Source of the DNA: an uncultured Candidatus Entotheonella sp. | GTDB taxonomy: Bacteria > Tectomicrobia > Entotheonellia > Entotheonellales > Entotheonellaceae | NCBI GenBank assembly: GCA_965215335.1 | Contig: CBDCDA010000001.1 | Location: forward strand, 2,071,151-2,135,150 | Reading direction: 5' to 3' | Length of the DNA stretch: 64,000 nucleotides | Shown here: in pieces, positions 41,304 to 49,905 of the stretch | Layout: each line of letters opens with the position of its first letter | Numbering within the stretch: the first letter of the stretch is position 1 | Notes under the pieces: model-generated | Database searches by the model: none | What the model was told of the DNA's origin: nothing | What the model saw: the letters and a program-made list of their open reading frames with translations, nothing else | Translations under genes and position numbers: made by a program

Positions 41304-42686
41304 CTACCGCGCGCCGTTGCCTGTCAAGGAATTGTGCATCACTCGGTCGGAGAAGGTGCGAAAGTCCGCGAAGGTCCCCCGCAGATAGGTCAGACGCTCG
41401 GCGGCGTCCACCCCCTCGTGCAGCGGGTCAACCCCTGCCTCCAGGGGCTGAAACTCCGGCTCCGGCTCGTCCTGCCGCGTGATGGGGGCGCTGTACCAGC
41501 GGTCACCCCGGTACAGGTATCGCTGCTCGCCCGCCACGAAGGCGAATTGGTTGTAGCGAAACCGCGCGTGTGTGCGGCCGCGGTTGTTGTACCAGTAGGA
41601 TTGCATGATCGGCACCGACCGCCAGGGCTCGTCCGGCAGCGACACCAGCGCCGGGTCGCGGTCGCCGGCGGCTCGCAGTACGGAGCCGAAGACATCCCGC
41701 GCCGACACGGGCCGGTGCTCGACGCGCGGCGTCTCGCCGCTGGGCGACAGCCAGAACAGCGGCACGCGATTCCCGGCGTCGTTGACGTTCGAGAAGTGGT
41801 ACTGCCAGCCCTGCTCGCCGAAATTGTCCCCGTGGTCCGAGGCGAAAACCACCAGGCTGTCGTGCTGCTCCCGCAGTTCTCGAATAAACCCGTCCAGACC
41901 CGGCGCCATGCGCTCCCACGCCCGCCGCTGCCGCCGCCGCAACAGCGCCAGCATGTCCGACCGGATGTAGTCCTTCTTGCCCATCAACCGCGTCTGATTC
42001 ACCAGGTGATACAGGCTGTACAATTCCAGCGCCTTGTTCCAATACCCCGCTGCCGAGGTGCTGAAGTGGTCGCCGATGTGATACGGGAAGTGCGACTCCA
42101 TCAGGTTGAGGAACAGGAAGGTTTGCGTCCCATGGCTGTCGTTGGCCCACAGGATCGTCCGTGCGCGTTCGAAAACCGCCTGCATGGTCGATTGCAACCA
42201 CACCTCGGCGGCTCGCAGGTCCTCGCTGAGGCGGCCCAGCAACAGGTCCTTGGAGAGCAGCTTGCGGCGCAAGCGCGGCTTGCCGACCAGGGCCAGCAGG
42301 CCGAACAGGCTCTTGTGCCGCGCCGGTACCAGGTGCCAGATGCGGTCGACGGTCTCGAAGCCGCGGCTAAGCCCGAAAATGTCGGTGGTCACCACGTTGG
42401 CCGTCACCATGTGGGGGCGGTAGCCGAGGCTGCGCAGGCGTTCGGGCAGGCGGGGCACGTGCTGGTAAACGTCGCGCGTCTGTCCGGTGGCGCCATGCTC
42501 GTGCGGCATGAGGCCGGTGAACATCGAGGCGGTGGCGGGCAGGGTCCAGCAACCGCCCGAGCGCGCCTGGTCGAACCGTATCGCCCGCGACACCGTGTAC
42601 GGCAGACGATGGTCGCCCCCGGCGTGCACGGAATCCCATCGCAGGCTGTCGGCCACCAGCAGCACGATGTTCTTCGGGGTGTCCAT
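41304..42686 (-). CDS. Sulfatase-like hydrolase/transferase (alkaline phosphatase superfamily)
   Basis: NIVLLVADSLRWD, WTLPATASMFTG, FLNLMESHFPY, FASDHGDNFGE, RVPL. Confidence 0.85.
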   Translation of the reverse strand: MDTPKNIVLLVADSLRWDSVHAGGDHRLPYTVSRAIRFDQARSGGCWTLPATASMFTGLMPHEHGATGQTRDVYQHVPRLPERLRSLGYRPHMVTANVVTTDIFGLSRGFETVDRIWHLVPARHKSLFGLLALVGKPRLRRKLLSKDLLLGRLSEDLRAAEVWLQSTMQAVFERARTILWANDSHGTQTFLFLNLMESHFPYHIGDHFSTSAAGYWNKALELYSLYHLVNQTRLMGKKDYIRSDMLALLRRRQRRAWERMAPGLDGFIRELREQHDSLVVFASDHGDNFGEQGWQYHFSNVNDAGNRVPLFWLSPSGETPRVEHRPVSARDVFGSVLRAAGDRDPALVSLPDEPWRSVPIMQSYWYNNRGRTHARFRYNQFAFVAGEQRYLYRGDRWYSAPITRQDEPEPEFQPLEAGVDPLHEGVDAAERLTYLRGTFADFRTFSDRVMHNSLTGNGAR

Positions 42687-42700
42687 GCGTGGTCTCCTCG

Positions 42701-45064
42701 TCACACCGGGAGCGAGGCTTCCGTTCGAGATTCGGCCGCCTGCCAGTTGGTTCGCAGTTCCCTGCCGTGTGGCGAAAACCCGAACAGATCGTCGGGTGAA
42801 AACACCCGCGCAAAGTCGTCGGCGCGAAAGAACACGGCAAACTTGCGTGCAACCTCGTCGAGGCGCCGCAGGTAATAGTCCGTGTTCTCGTCGGGTTGCG
42901 CCGGGTTCCAGGCCGACGCGGGGCGCGCGTTGTCGAAGGCGGTGACGTGCGCCCCGCTGCCGATGATGTAGTAGGCGACCTGCTCGCCCTTGCGCACCTC
43001 CTGTCCGGTCTCGCGGGCACGGGCGATGGCCAACTCGTAGGCCGCCGCCCGCGTGCGTCGTTTGGCCGCCACGTCGGCCAGATACTGCGTCTCGTTCTCC
43101 TTCAACGTTTCGGTGCGGGCGAAATCCTCCACGTGCCACTCGTGACGCAGGAGCCGCGTCCGCGTGGCCACGTACAGATCGTGCAGCCCTTGCACGTCCT
43201 CGGCCAGCAGCAAGTCAATCGCCTCCAGGACAAAGCGCCTCCCAAAGGGTTCCATGGCCCGCGACACCAGGGACGAACCCTTGCACTGCACCCGGCCGTC
43301 ATACGTGAGCAAGGCGTAGTTCTTTACCTTGTACGACAGCATGCGACGGTAGCGCCCATCGTAGCCCAGGCGGATGCCAGGCGGCATCTGCCGATTGATG
43401 GCATCAACGAAGGCCCGCTCCGCCGCCTCGCCCTCGGCGCCGGCCGGCGGCACGAACAGAACGCCGTCGGTGTCCACCTCGACCACCCGGCCGCCGCCCG
43501 CGCGGATGGCGCCGAGAACCCGCCGGACGATCTCCTGCCCGATGCGGGCCACACGGTCCGCGGCGGCGAAATCGTTGAACAGCGCGACGCTGAAGCCGAG
43601 TTGTCCGTAGAAACTGTTGATCAATATCTTATAGGAACTCTGTTGCGCGTCCAGGGCGCTGGCGTCCTCGCGCCGGGTGGCCGTCCACATGCGTTGTTTG
43701 GCGTCCAGCCGCAAGTCGGTGAGGCACCGTAGCAGAACCTGGAAGATCCCGAGATCGTCCGTTTCGGGATGCACGTCGTAGTTCAGCATGATCGACGGGT
43801 ACAGGCTCTCCACGTCGGCGTAGATGATGGGGCCGACGACGCCGGTGGCGAAGATATTCACGTAGCCACCGCGCATGGGGTTGCCGGCGGCGCCACCCGT
43901 CGGCAGGGCGTGCTTGTGCCGCAAATAGGCGCGCACCATGAGCGCCTCGATCTTGGCGGCGGGGCCGGTGCGGGCGACCTGTCCGTAGGGCATCGGCACC
44001 ATCCGGGTGAGGTAGAACGCCGAGCCGGAGAGCAGGCGGGCCAGTCGTTCGGTCTCCGCTACGTCGTGGCGGGCGTAGTCGATGAGCCGCTCCGGTTCGC
44101 TGTGCCAGGTCTGCGAGATCTCCTCCCCCTTCACATAGGTCCGGTCGTCCGCCTGCAGGCCGAAATAGCGCGCCGCGGCTTTCAGGCCGTAGCCCGGCAG
44201 GTCGCGCTTGGACACGTCGAAGGCCATCACCTGCAAATACGTGTCGATGACGTGCCGTCCGGCGACGTCGACGGCAGGCAGGTCCACCGACCGCTCGGCA
44301 AACCGCATGGCGGCGGGAAACGTGCGCGGCGCCGAACCGTCGCGGCCCGCGGCAAAGACAACGCCGTGCCGGGCGCAGCGGGCCGTGATGTAGGCCAGGT
44401 CGAAGGCGTAGATGTTGTGCCCCTCGATGACGTCCGGGTCGCGGTGCCGTATCGTCCGCACCAGCTGCTCCAGCATCGCCTTCTCGGACAGTTCGCGCGC
44501 GTCGATGATCTCGTGCCAGCCGCGGTTGTCGCTCAGCGCAATGATGACGATGCGATCCTCGGGCCGTTGGGCGTGTGGAAACGTCCCCGGCTCCGACACC
44601 ACTTCGATGTCGAGCTGCATCCGGTACAGATCGTCGAATGCCATGTCCTTGAACAGTGTTTTGCCGCTTTGCATGAGGTACTGCTGCGTCGGATTGGCAA
44701 TGCGGTAGACGCCGGCGCCTGGCTGCGCCCGCAGATGCCGCACGGCGTCGTGGTAGGCCGACCACGTATCGAAAACGACGAGGTGTCGGTAGGCATGCCG
44801 GCCCTGCAGCGTCTGGCACCGGAACCGCTGACGCGGAAACCCGCGCAACGATTGGAGATCGATGAGAAACAGGAAGGGGTAATAGGGAACATCCTCCACG
44901 GTCAGTGCGCCGTTTCGTTCGCTGCGCTGGTACACCCGCATCCGGGCTTGATCGGTACCATTCCTCTGTCGCAACACATGCAACGCCAGTAGCCGTGGCG
45001 TTGGGTCGTGCCCGAACAGCATGGTGTCAGAGAGGGTCGAATTCTGTCCGAGCGGTGCGGCCAT
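42701..45064 (-). CDS. polB: Family-B DNA polymerase with 3'-5' exonuclease domain
   Basis: Exo LDIE, GHNIYAFDL, YARHD; polymerase ADVESLYPSIM, KILINSFYG, EVDTDG, KNYA; start 45064 or 45022. Confidence 0.92.
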   Translation of the reverse strand: MAAPLGQNSTLSDTMLFGHDPTPRLLALHVLRQRNGTDQARMRVYQRSERNGALTVEDVPYYPFLFLIDLQSLRGFPRQRFRCQTLQGRHAYRHLVVFDTWSAYHDAVRHLRAQPGAGVYRIANPTQQYLMQSGKTLFKDMAFDDLYRMQLDIEVVSEPGTFPHAQRPEDRIVIIALSDNRGWHEIIDARELSEKAMLEQLVRTIRHRDPDVIEGHNIYAFDLAYITARCARHGVVFAAGRDGSAPRTFPAAMRFAERSVDLPAVDVAGRHVIDTYLQVMAFDVSKRDLPGYGLKAAARYFGLQADDRTYVKGEEISQTWHSEPERLIDYARHDVAETERLARLLSGSAFYLTRMVPMPYGQVARTGPAAKIEALMVRAYLRHKHALPTGGAAGNPMRGGYVNIFATGVVGPIIYADVESLYPSIMLNYDVHPETDDLGIFQVLLRCLTDLRLDAKQRMWTATRREDASALDAQQSSYKILINSFYGQLGFSVALFNDFAAADRVARIGQEIVRRVLGAIRAGGGRVVEVDTDGVLFVPPAGAEGEAAERAFVDAINRQMPPGIRLGYDGRYRRMLSYKVKNYALLTYDGRVQCKGSSLVSRAMEPFGRRFVLEAIDLLLAEDVQGLHDLYVATRTRLLRHEWHVEDFARTETLKENETQYLADVAAKRRTRAAAYELAIARARETGQEVRKGEQVAYYIIGSGAHVTAFDNARPASAWNPAQPDENTDYYLRRLDEVARKFAVFFRADDFARVFSPDDLFGFSPHGRELRTNWQAAESRTEASLPV

Positions 45065-45346
45065 GGACTTTTCCGGTGTGGGTGGATGCCTCGGACAAAC
45101 CGGATCTCAGGCGTGAGCACGTGCCTCTTGAGGGCTTTCAGTTCTGCGGCAGATGTTCGCCGGGATGGATTGCCAAGGCGGTCAGGGCCGTCCTCCAAGA
45201 GAATGCAGAGGAAAAGAGGCCGCCAAAAACGCGACTGTAGAAAGTAAGGCCAAAAAATGCCGTATTGTCAACCAGACAGGCTGGTTTTACCATGTGCGGC
45301 ACCATCCGAACCAGAGGAGGATAGTCCAGGTGGGCGCTCTGACTCG

Positions 45347-45733
45347 TTACATTCTGTGGGGCGTATTGACTTCCGCCTCAGTTTTGGCTTCCTCGGTCTT
45401 CGGTGTGGCATCAGTAGCGCAGGTCTTGAGCGATTCGGCCAGCATCCGGACAACAAAAAGAATGACGGCCACGTCATCGAGCAAGCCGCCCGCCGGGATG
45501 AAATCCGGTACGGCGTCCAGGGGGGAAATAAGGTAGATGAGGGAACCAACAGCAGTTGCCTTCTTGCCCCAAGCGACATTCGGGTCCCTTATGAATCGCC
45601 ATAGCACTTGTACCTCGTCCCATATTTTCACAAGAGGGCCTCGGTTCATGGCGCCGAGTTTCCCGGCAATTTCCGGGATGTCCTTTAGCGAGGCTCGCCT
45701 GGTGAACTTCCTCAGCAGTGCCATTTTTTCCAT
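45347..45733 (-). CDS. YkvA/DUF1232-family membrane protein
   Basis: LIYLISPLDAVPDFIPAGGLLDD. Confidence 0.85.
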   Translation of the reverse strand: MEKMALLRKFTRRASLKDIPEIAGKLGAMNRGPLVKIWDEVQVLWRFIRDPNVAWGKKATAVGSLIYLISPLDAVPDFIPAGGLLDDVAVILFVVRMLAESLKTCATDATPKTEEAKTEAEVNTPHRM

Positions 45734-45769
45734 ACCGTCGTTCTCCTCAAGGCAACTCACCTTGGCAGG

Positions 45770-46001
45770 CGTATAGAGGCACATCCAACGCCGTGCCCCC
45801 CCCACGATCCGGCTATCCCGGCAGCGCAACAGGAAGCCTTATCCGTCGTCTCCGTATCCGTGGCCTGCTGCGGGCGCGCAAAGCTGATATAGAGCACGTC
45901 GGCCTCTCGGTCATGATCCACCAATGCCGCGAGGCTGGAAAATCAAGAGGTACTGCCCGCGCGCGTGACAGGGCCTGCTCAGGCGTCAGGACCTGCTCCA
46001 T
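45770..46001 (-). pseudogene. DUF2283-family antitoxin remnant
   Basis: Across frames: MEQVLTPEQAL.. / VDHDREADVLYISFARPQQATDTE / GFLLRCRDSRIVG. Confidence 0.7.
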
Positions 46002-46285
46002 GCGGCCTTCCTCCTGTCAACGTTACGTGTGCAGTGCGCCGCAATGATAAAACCGTCTTCGGTAGACACTTGCCCAAGACAACCATCAAATACCATTGGG
46101 GCCTGTAATTCCGAACCGCAACCAGCGAGTCCCGACAACCACGAAAGACAGGATCGGGGTTCTCAGCAACGTCGAGGCACATCCTCATAATAGCCCGCAA
46201 GGTCATCATGATTCTCGACAACATGAAACCACCACTCATGAGTCAAACGGATTGGCGCCCCATCGATAGATATGGCAACATCCAT
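45986..46285 (-). pseudogene. Putative toxin partner of DUF2283 (RelE/DUF4258-like), frameshifted
   Basis: MDVAISIDGAPIRLTHEWWFHVVENHDDLAGYYEDV / LDVAENPD..RG..LVAVRNY..YLMVV / STEDGFIIAAH; stop overlaps the antitoxin start. Confidence 0.65.
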
Positions 46286-46604
46286 TGAATCATGCGCCTA
46301 CGCGATGCTGAACGACACCGAGCAGACGGTAGCGTCAGCCGTGACGGGTGCCTTCAGAAACTGCGAGGTGCAGCCGATATTGTGGCGTCAGCGGGAAAAC
46401 GCGCGCGAAGAGCTTGCGGCATGAACGAGCCTGATGCGTAAGCGTTCGACGCCTTGCACCGAAGATTGTCCTCGTCACAAGCGTTCAGGGAAGGGCCAAT
46501 CTGCGACCGACGTGTTCACTGATCGGCTGACATGCCGCGTCGAACCAGAGCAAGAAGCACGCGGAGAAGGGCCGTGCGAGCCTGCCAGCGCGTCGGGGAA
46601 TCTC

Positions 46605-46650
46605 TTGACACCATTCCTGTCCGCATATTAAAATGAGAATCCCGTATCAT
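46605..46650 (+). promoter_or_regulatory. sigma70 promoter with overlapping Fur/Zur-like inverted repeat
   Basis: TTGACA (46605-10), 18 bp, TAAAAT (46629-34); ATGAGAATCCCGTATCAT (46633-50) has ATGA..TCAT dyad resembling Fur-family boxes. Confidence 0.6.
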
Positions 46651-46658
46651 CTGAGGCA

Positions 46659-46964
46659 ATGGAATTCCTTAGCATGCGCAAGCTGGACGCCACAACCCTT
46701 ACACGCATCATCGCGTTGCCAAGCACGCTGATCATGCTTGGCACTGGCATTGCCACGGCCGGTTATCTTCACGAAGACGGAGAGGGCCGGCACGATTGTA
46801 CGTTATGTACGGCCGTCTCTCCGAGCCCGTTCGTTGACACCCAACCCGCGGCGTCGCCTTGCCCGGCGACTGTGCTGTCCCCTCCGCCCGCCCCGCCAGG
46901 GCCGCCGCCGTGCGCGCACTACCGTGCGCATCTCCTATCGCGTGCTCCACCCGTCCTTGCCTGA
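46659..46964 (+). CDS. DUF2946-like leader peptide (hydrophobic N-terminus, H/CxxC, C-terminal RAPP)
   Basis: IIALPSTLIMLGTGIATAG; HEDGEGRHDCTLC; Pro-rich linker; ends LSRAPPVLA*; GAGG RBS before ATG. Confidence 0.75.
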   Translation: MEFLSMRKLDATTLTRIIALPSTLIMLGTGIATAGYLHEDGEGRHDCTLCTAVSPSPFVDTQPAASPCPATVLSPPPAPPGPPPCAHYRAHLLSRAPPVLA

Positions 46965-47151
46965 CACGGCCGTGCCGCCCCCATGGGGTCCGCATGCCCA
47001 CACATCCCTGTTCGCGACCGCGTCGTTTGCCCGCGTCCTGGCTTGTCGGTAACGCCGCACGTCAAGACGCCGCGGCAGTCTCATGGCCGACCGGTCTCCC
47101 ACCCGTCCGCGTTCTGCCGGACAAGCATACGAACGAGTAAGGGAGCACACG

Positions 47152-48819
47152 ATGAAATACATCATCATGGCAGGACTCATCACCGTCCTGGCAACCGCTT
47201 TGCTGGGCTATCCGTCATCTTCCTGGGCGCAGGAGACGGAAACCCAAACGCTGCGTGAACAGGTCAACAGCCTGCAAGAGACGGTCCGCCAACTCCAGGA
47301 AACGATTCAGGAAATGCGGCAGGAATCGGCTGCGGACAGCACGATGCCGGCGCGTGAGCCGCAGCAGGTCCAGACGTCTCCGCAACCGCAGCCCGAGGCG
47401 CCCGCCGCCACCCCGCTGGACGAGGCCATCGCCGAGTTGGACATGCCGTCCCCCGTTCCTGTTCCTGAGGCGACTCAGCGACCGGTCATGCGGCGTCCGC
47501 TCGGGCGCGGCCCACAATTGCGCTTGATCGACGTGTCCGTGGACGTGCTGCTGTTCGCCGGCGCGTCGAGCGTACACGACGAATCCATCTCCACCCTGCA
47601 GGGCGGCGGCCATGACCCCAAGACACGCGGCTATACCTTGGGCCAAATGGAATTGTCGCTGTCCGGCGTGGTCGATCCCTACTTCACCGCCGAGGCGCAT
47701 ATCCTGTCCGTGGTCAACCCCACCAGCGGCGAAACGGCCTTCGAACTGGAGGAAGCCTTCCTGACCACGACGCGGCTGCCCTACGACTTGCAGCTTGAGG
47801 CCGGCTACTTCCTGACCGAATTCGGTATCGTCAACCCGCAGCATCCGCACGTCTGGGACTGGCTCGACATGCCGGTCGCGAACGCCCGCATGTTCGGTGG
47901 CGACGGCATGCGCCAAGCCGGCTTCCGCGCCTCGTGGCTACTGGATACGCCGTGGTTCTCCCAGCTCCACGTCGGCATGCAGAATGCCAACGGCGTCACC
48001 ATGGGAAGCTTTCTCGGCGGCGAGCTCGCCCATGTCCACGGCGGCAACGGTCACGACCACGGGGGCGACGAGCACGGGGAGGGAGGACATGCGGATGAGC
48101 ATGGTCATGGTGAGGATGAGCACGACGAACACGGTGAGGCCGACCATGACGACCACGCAATCGAAGGCGGTCCGGGCATCGGCGGCCGCCCGATCGATGC
48201 GCAGGACGTACGTAAACTGAAAGATTTCGTCTACCTGATGCGCTGGGAGAACGCCTTCGACCTGAGCGACGAGCTCACGGCCGTCTTTGGCGCCTCGAGC
48301 CTGCTCGGGCCGAATGCCAGCGGACCCGCGGGCAGCACCTGGCTGTATGGCCTCGACATGAAATGGCGCTGGACCCCGGCCAACAGCTTCCGCGGCTATC
48401 CGTTCCTCACCTGGCAAACCGAGTACATGAGACGCCGCTATGAGGCCGCTGCATCCTCGATGGACGTCGCCCTTGAGGGTGGCGATATGGAAACCATCAC
48501 CTTCCCTGCCGACACCCTGGACGATTGGGGCATGTACACGCAACTGCTGTACGGCTTTCGGATCAATTGGGCCGCTGGTCTGCGCTTCGAGTACGCCAAC
48601 GGCAGCGGGCGCGGCTACAACCACGGTGGGCGCGAAGCGGACCCGTTCCGGGACAGGCGCTACCGGCTGTCGCCGCTGCTCTCATGGCGGCCGTCCGAGT
48701 TCACTCGCATACGCCTGCAGTACAACTATGACCAAGCCACCCACCTCGAGGACGACGCGCACAGCATGTGGCTGGGTTTCGAATGGCTCTACGGCGCGCA
48801 TCCGGCGCACCGTTTCTGA
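47152..48819 (+). CDS. Outer-membrane beta-barrel metal-uptake protein with His/acidic-rich loop
   Basis: Signal peptide, coiled coil, GGHDP, VVDPYF, ELEEAF, NPQHPHVW, loop HVHGGNGHDHGGDEHGEGGHADEHGHG.., SEFTRIRLQYNYD, C-terminal GAHPAHRF. Confidence 0.82.
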   Translation: MKYIIMAGLITVLATALLGYPSSSWAQETETQTLREQVNSLQETVRQLQETIQEMRQESAADSTMPAREPQQVQTSPQPQPEAPAATPLDEAIAELDMPSPVPVPEATQRPVMRRPLGRGPQLRLIDVSVDVLLFAGASSVHDESISTLQGGGHDPKTRGYTLGQMELSLSGVVDPYFTAEAHILSVVNPTSGETAFELEEAFLTTTRLPYDLQLEAGYFLTEFGIVNPQHPHVWDWLDMPVANARMFGGDGMRQAGFRASWLLDTPWFSQLHVGMQNANGVTMGSFLGGELAHVHGGNGHDHGGDEHGEGGHADEHGHGEDEHDEHGEADHDDHAIEGGPGIGGRPIDAQDVRKLKDFVYLMRWENAFDLSDELTAVFGASSLLGPNASGPAGSTWLYGLDMKWRWTPANSFRGYPFLTWQTEYMRRRYEAAASSMDVALEGGDMETITFPADTLDDWGMYTQLLYGFRINWAAGLRFEYANGSGRGYNHGGREADPFRDRRYRLSPLLSWRPSEFTRIRLQYNYDQATHLEDDAHSMWLGFEWLYGAHPAHRF

Positions 48820-48845
48820 GGGTTCGTCACATGGGAGATGACACA

Positions 48846-49892
48846 ATGGCATGTATACGCATCACCAGGCACGTGCTGGCCGTAGTTGCCGTCCTGGCCT
48901 GCCTGCTGGCGAGCAACGCGCAGGCGGCCGAACCGCTTCGAGTCTGTGCGACCGTTCCGGAGTTGGGGAGCCTCGCCGAGGAGGTCGGCGGCGCCGAAGT
49001 CGCCGCGACCGTGTTCACCAAGGGTACCGAGAGCCCCCACTTTACGGTTCCCAAACCGAGCTTCATCAAGGCGCTGAACGCCTGCAACGCCTATGTCCAG
49101 ATCGGACTCGAACTGGAAATCGGCTGGGCGCCGGCGCTGCTACAAAACGCTCGTAACGCCGCCGTCCTGCCCGGCGGTGCGGGATTCATCGACGCCTCGG
49201 CAACCGTCTCGGCGCTCGGCATTCCCACCGGCCAGATCGACCGCTCCATGGGCGACATCCACCCCGGCGGCAACCCGCACTACCTGCTCGACCCGCTGAA
49301 CGGCCTGCGGGTCGCGGCCCTGCTGCGGGACCGGTTTTCGGCCTTGCGCCCCGAGGCCCAACAACACTTCGCGGAACGCTACGCCGACTTTCGGCAACGT
49401 CTCGGCGCTGCGTTGGTCGGCGAGGCACTGCTCCGCAAGTACGACTTTGAAAAGCTGGCCCTGCTGGCCGAGCACGGCCGTCTGGTCGATTTTCTCGACA
49501 GCCAGGGCGACGCGGCGTTGCTCGACGGCTGGCTGGGCATCATGCGTCCGCATGCCGGCGCCAAGGTCGTGGTCGAACACGACGCCTGGGCCTATTTCTC
49601 GGTGCGCTTCGGTCTGGAGGTGATCGCCTCTCTCGAACCCATCCCCGGCGTTCCGCCCACCACCTCACACCTCGGCGCCGTCATCGAACGGATGCGCGCC
49701 GAGCAGGTCGGGGTGCTCCTGGCGATCGCCTATTACGATCCCCGATACGGGCGCTTCGTGTCCGAAACAACAGGCGCCGCGGTCGTCGCCCTCGCGCATC
49801 AGGTCGACGCCCGCCCCGGAACCGGGGATTACCTGTCCATGATGGACTACAACGTCAGGCAACTCGCGGCGGTGCTGGACGCTGGGCGTTAG
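48846..49892 (+). CDS. Metal ABC transporter substrate-binding protein (ZnuA/TroA cluster)
   Basis: SPHF..KPS, GLELEIGW, GDIHPGGNPHYLLDP, HDAWAYF, EPIPGVPPT..HL. Confidence 0.9.
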   Translation: MACIRITRHVLAVVAVLACLLASNAQAAEPLRVCATVPELGSLAEEVGGAEVAATVFTKGTESPHFTVPKPSFIKALNACNAYVQIGLELEIGWAPALLQNARNAAVLPGGAGFIDASATVSALGIPTGQIDRSMGDIHPGGNPHYLLDPLNGLRVAALLRDRFSALRPEAQQHFAERYADFRQRLGAALVGEALLRKYDFEKLALLAEHGRLVDFLDSQGDAALLDGWLGIMRPHAGAKVVVEHDAWAYFSVRFGLEVIASLEPIPGVPPTTSHLGAVIERMRAEQVGVLLAIAYYDPRYGRFVSETTGAAVVALAHQVDARPGTGDYLSMMDYNVRQLAAVLDAGR

Positions 49893-49905
49893 GCAGGGAG
49901 CGTTC

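Noticed and set aside
42687..43139. N-terminal extension of the sulfatase-like ORF suggesting a polB fusion or frameshift
   Set aside because: Extension overlaps the polB 3' end; a good RBS and ATG exist at 42686 and polB ends normally
42701..46285. polB, ykvA and TA pair as a prophage, casposon or pipolin
   Set aside because: No integrase, Cas1, terminal repeats or virion genes; polB composition matches the host and lacks recognisable protein-primed inserts
46290..46600. Short ORFs such as 46434-46631
   Set aside because: No RBS or motif support; probably degraded sequence
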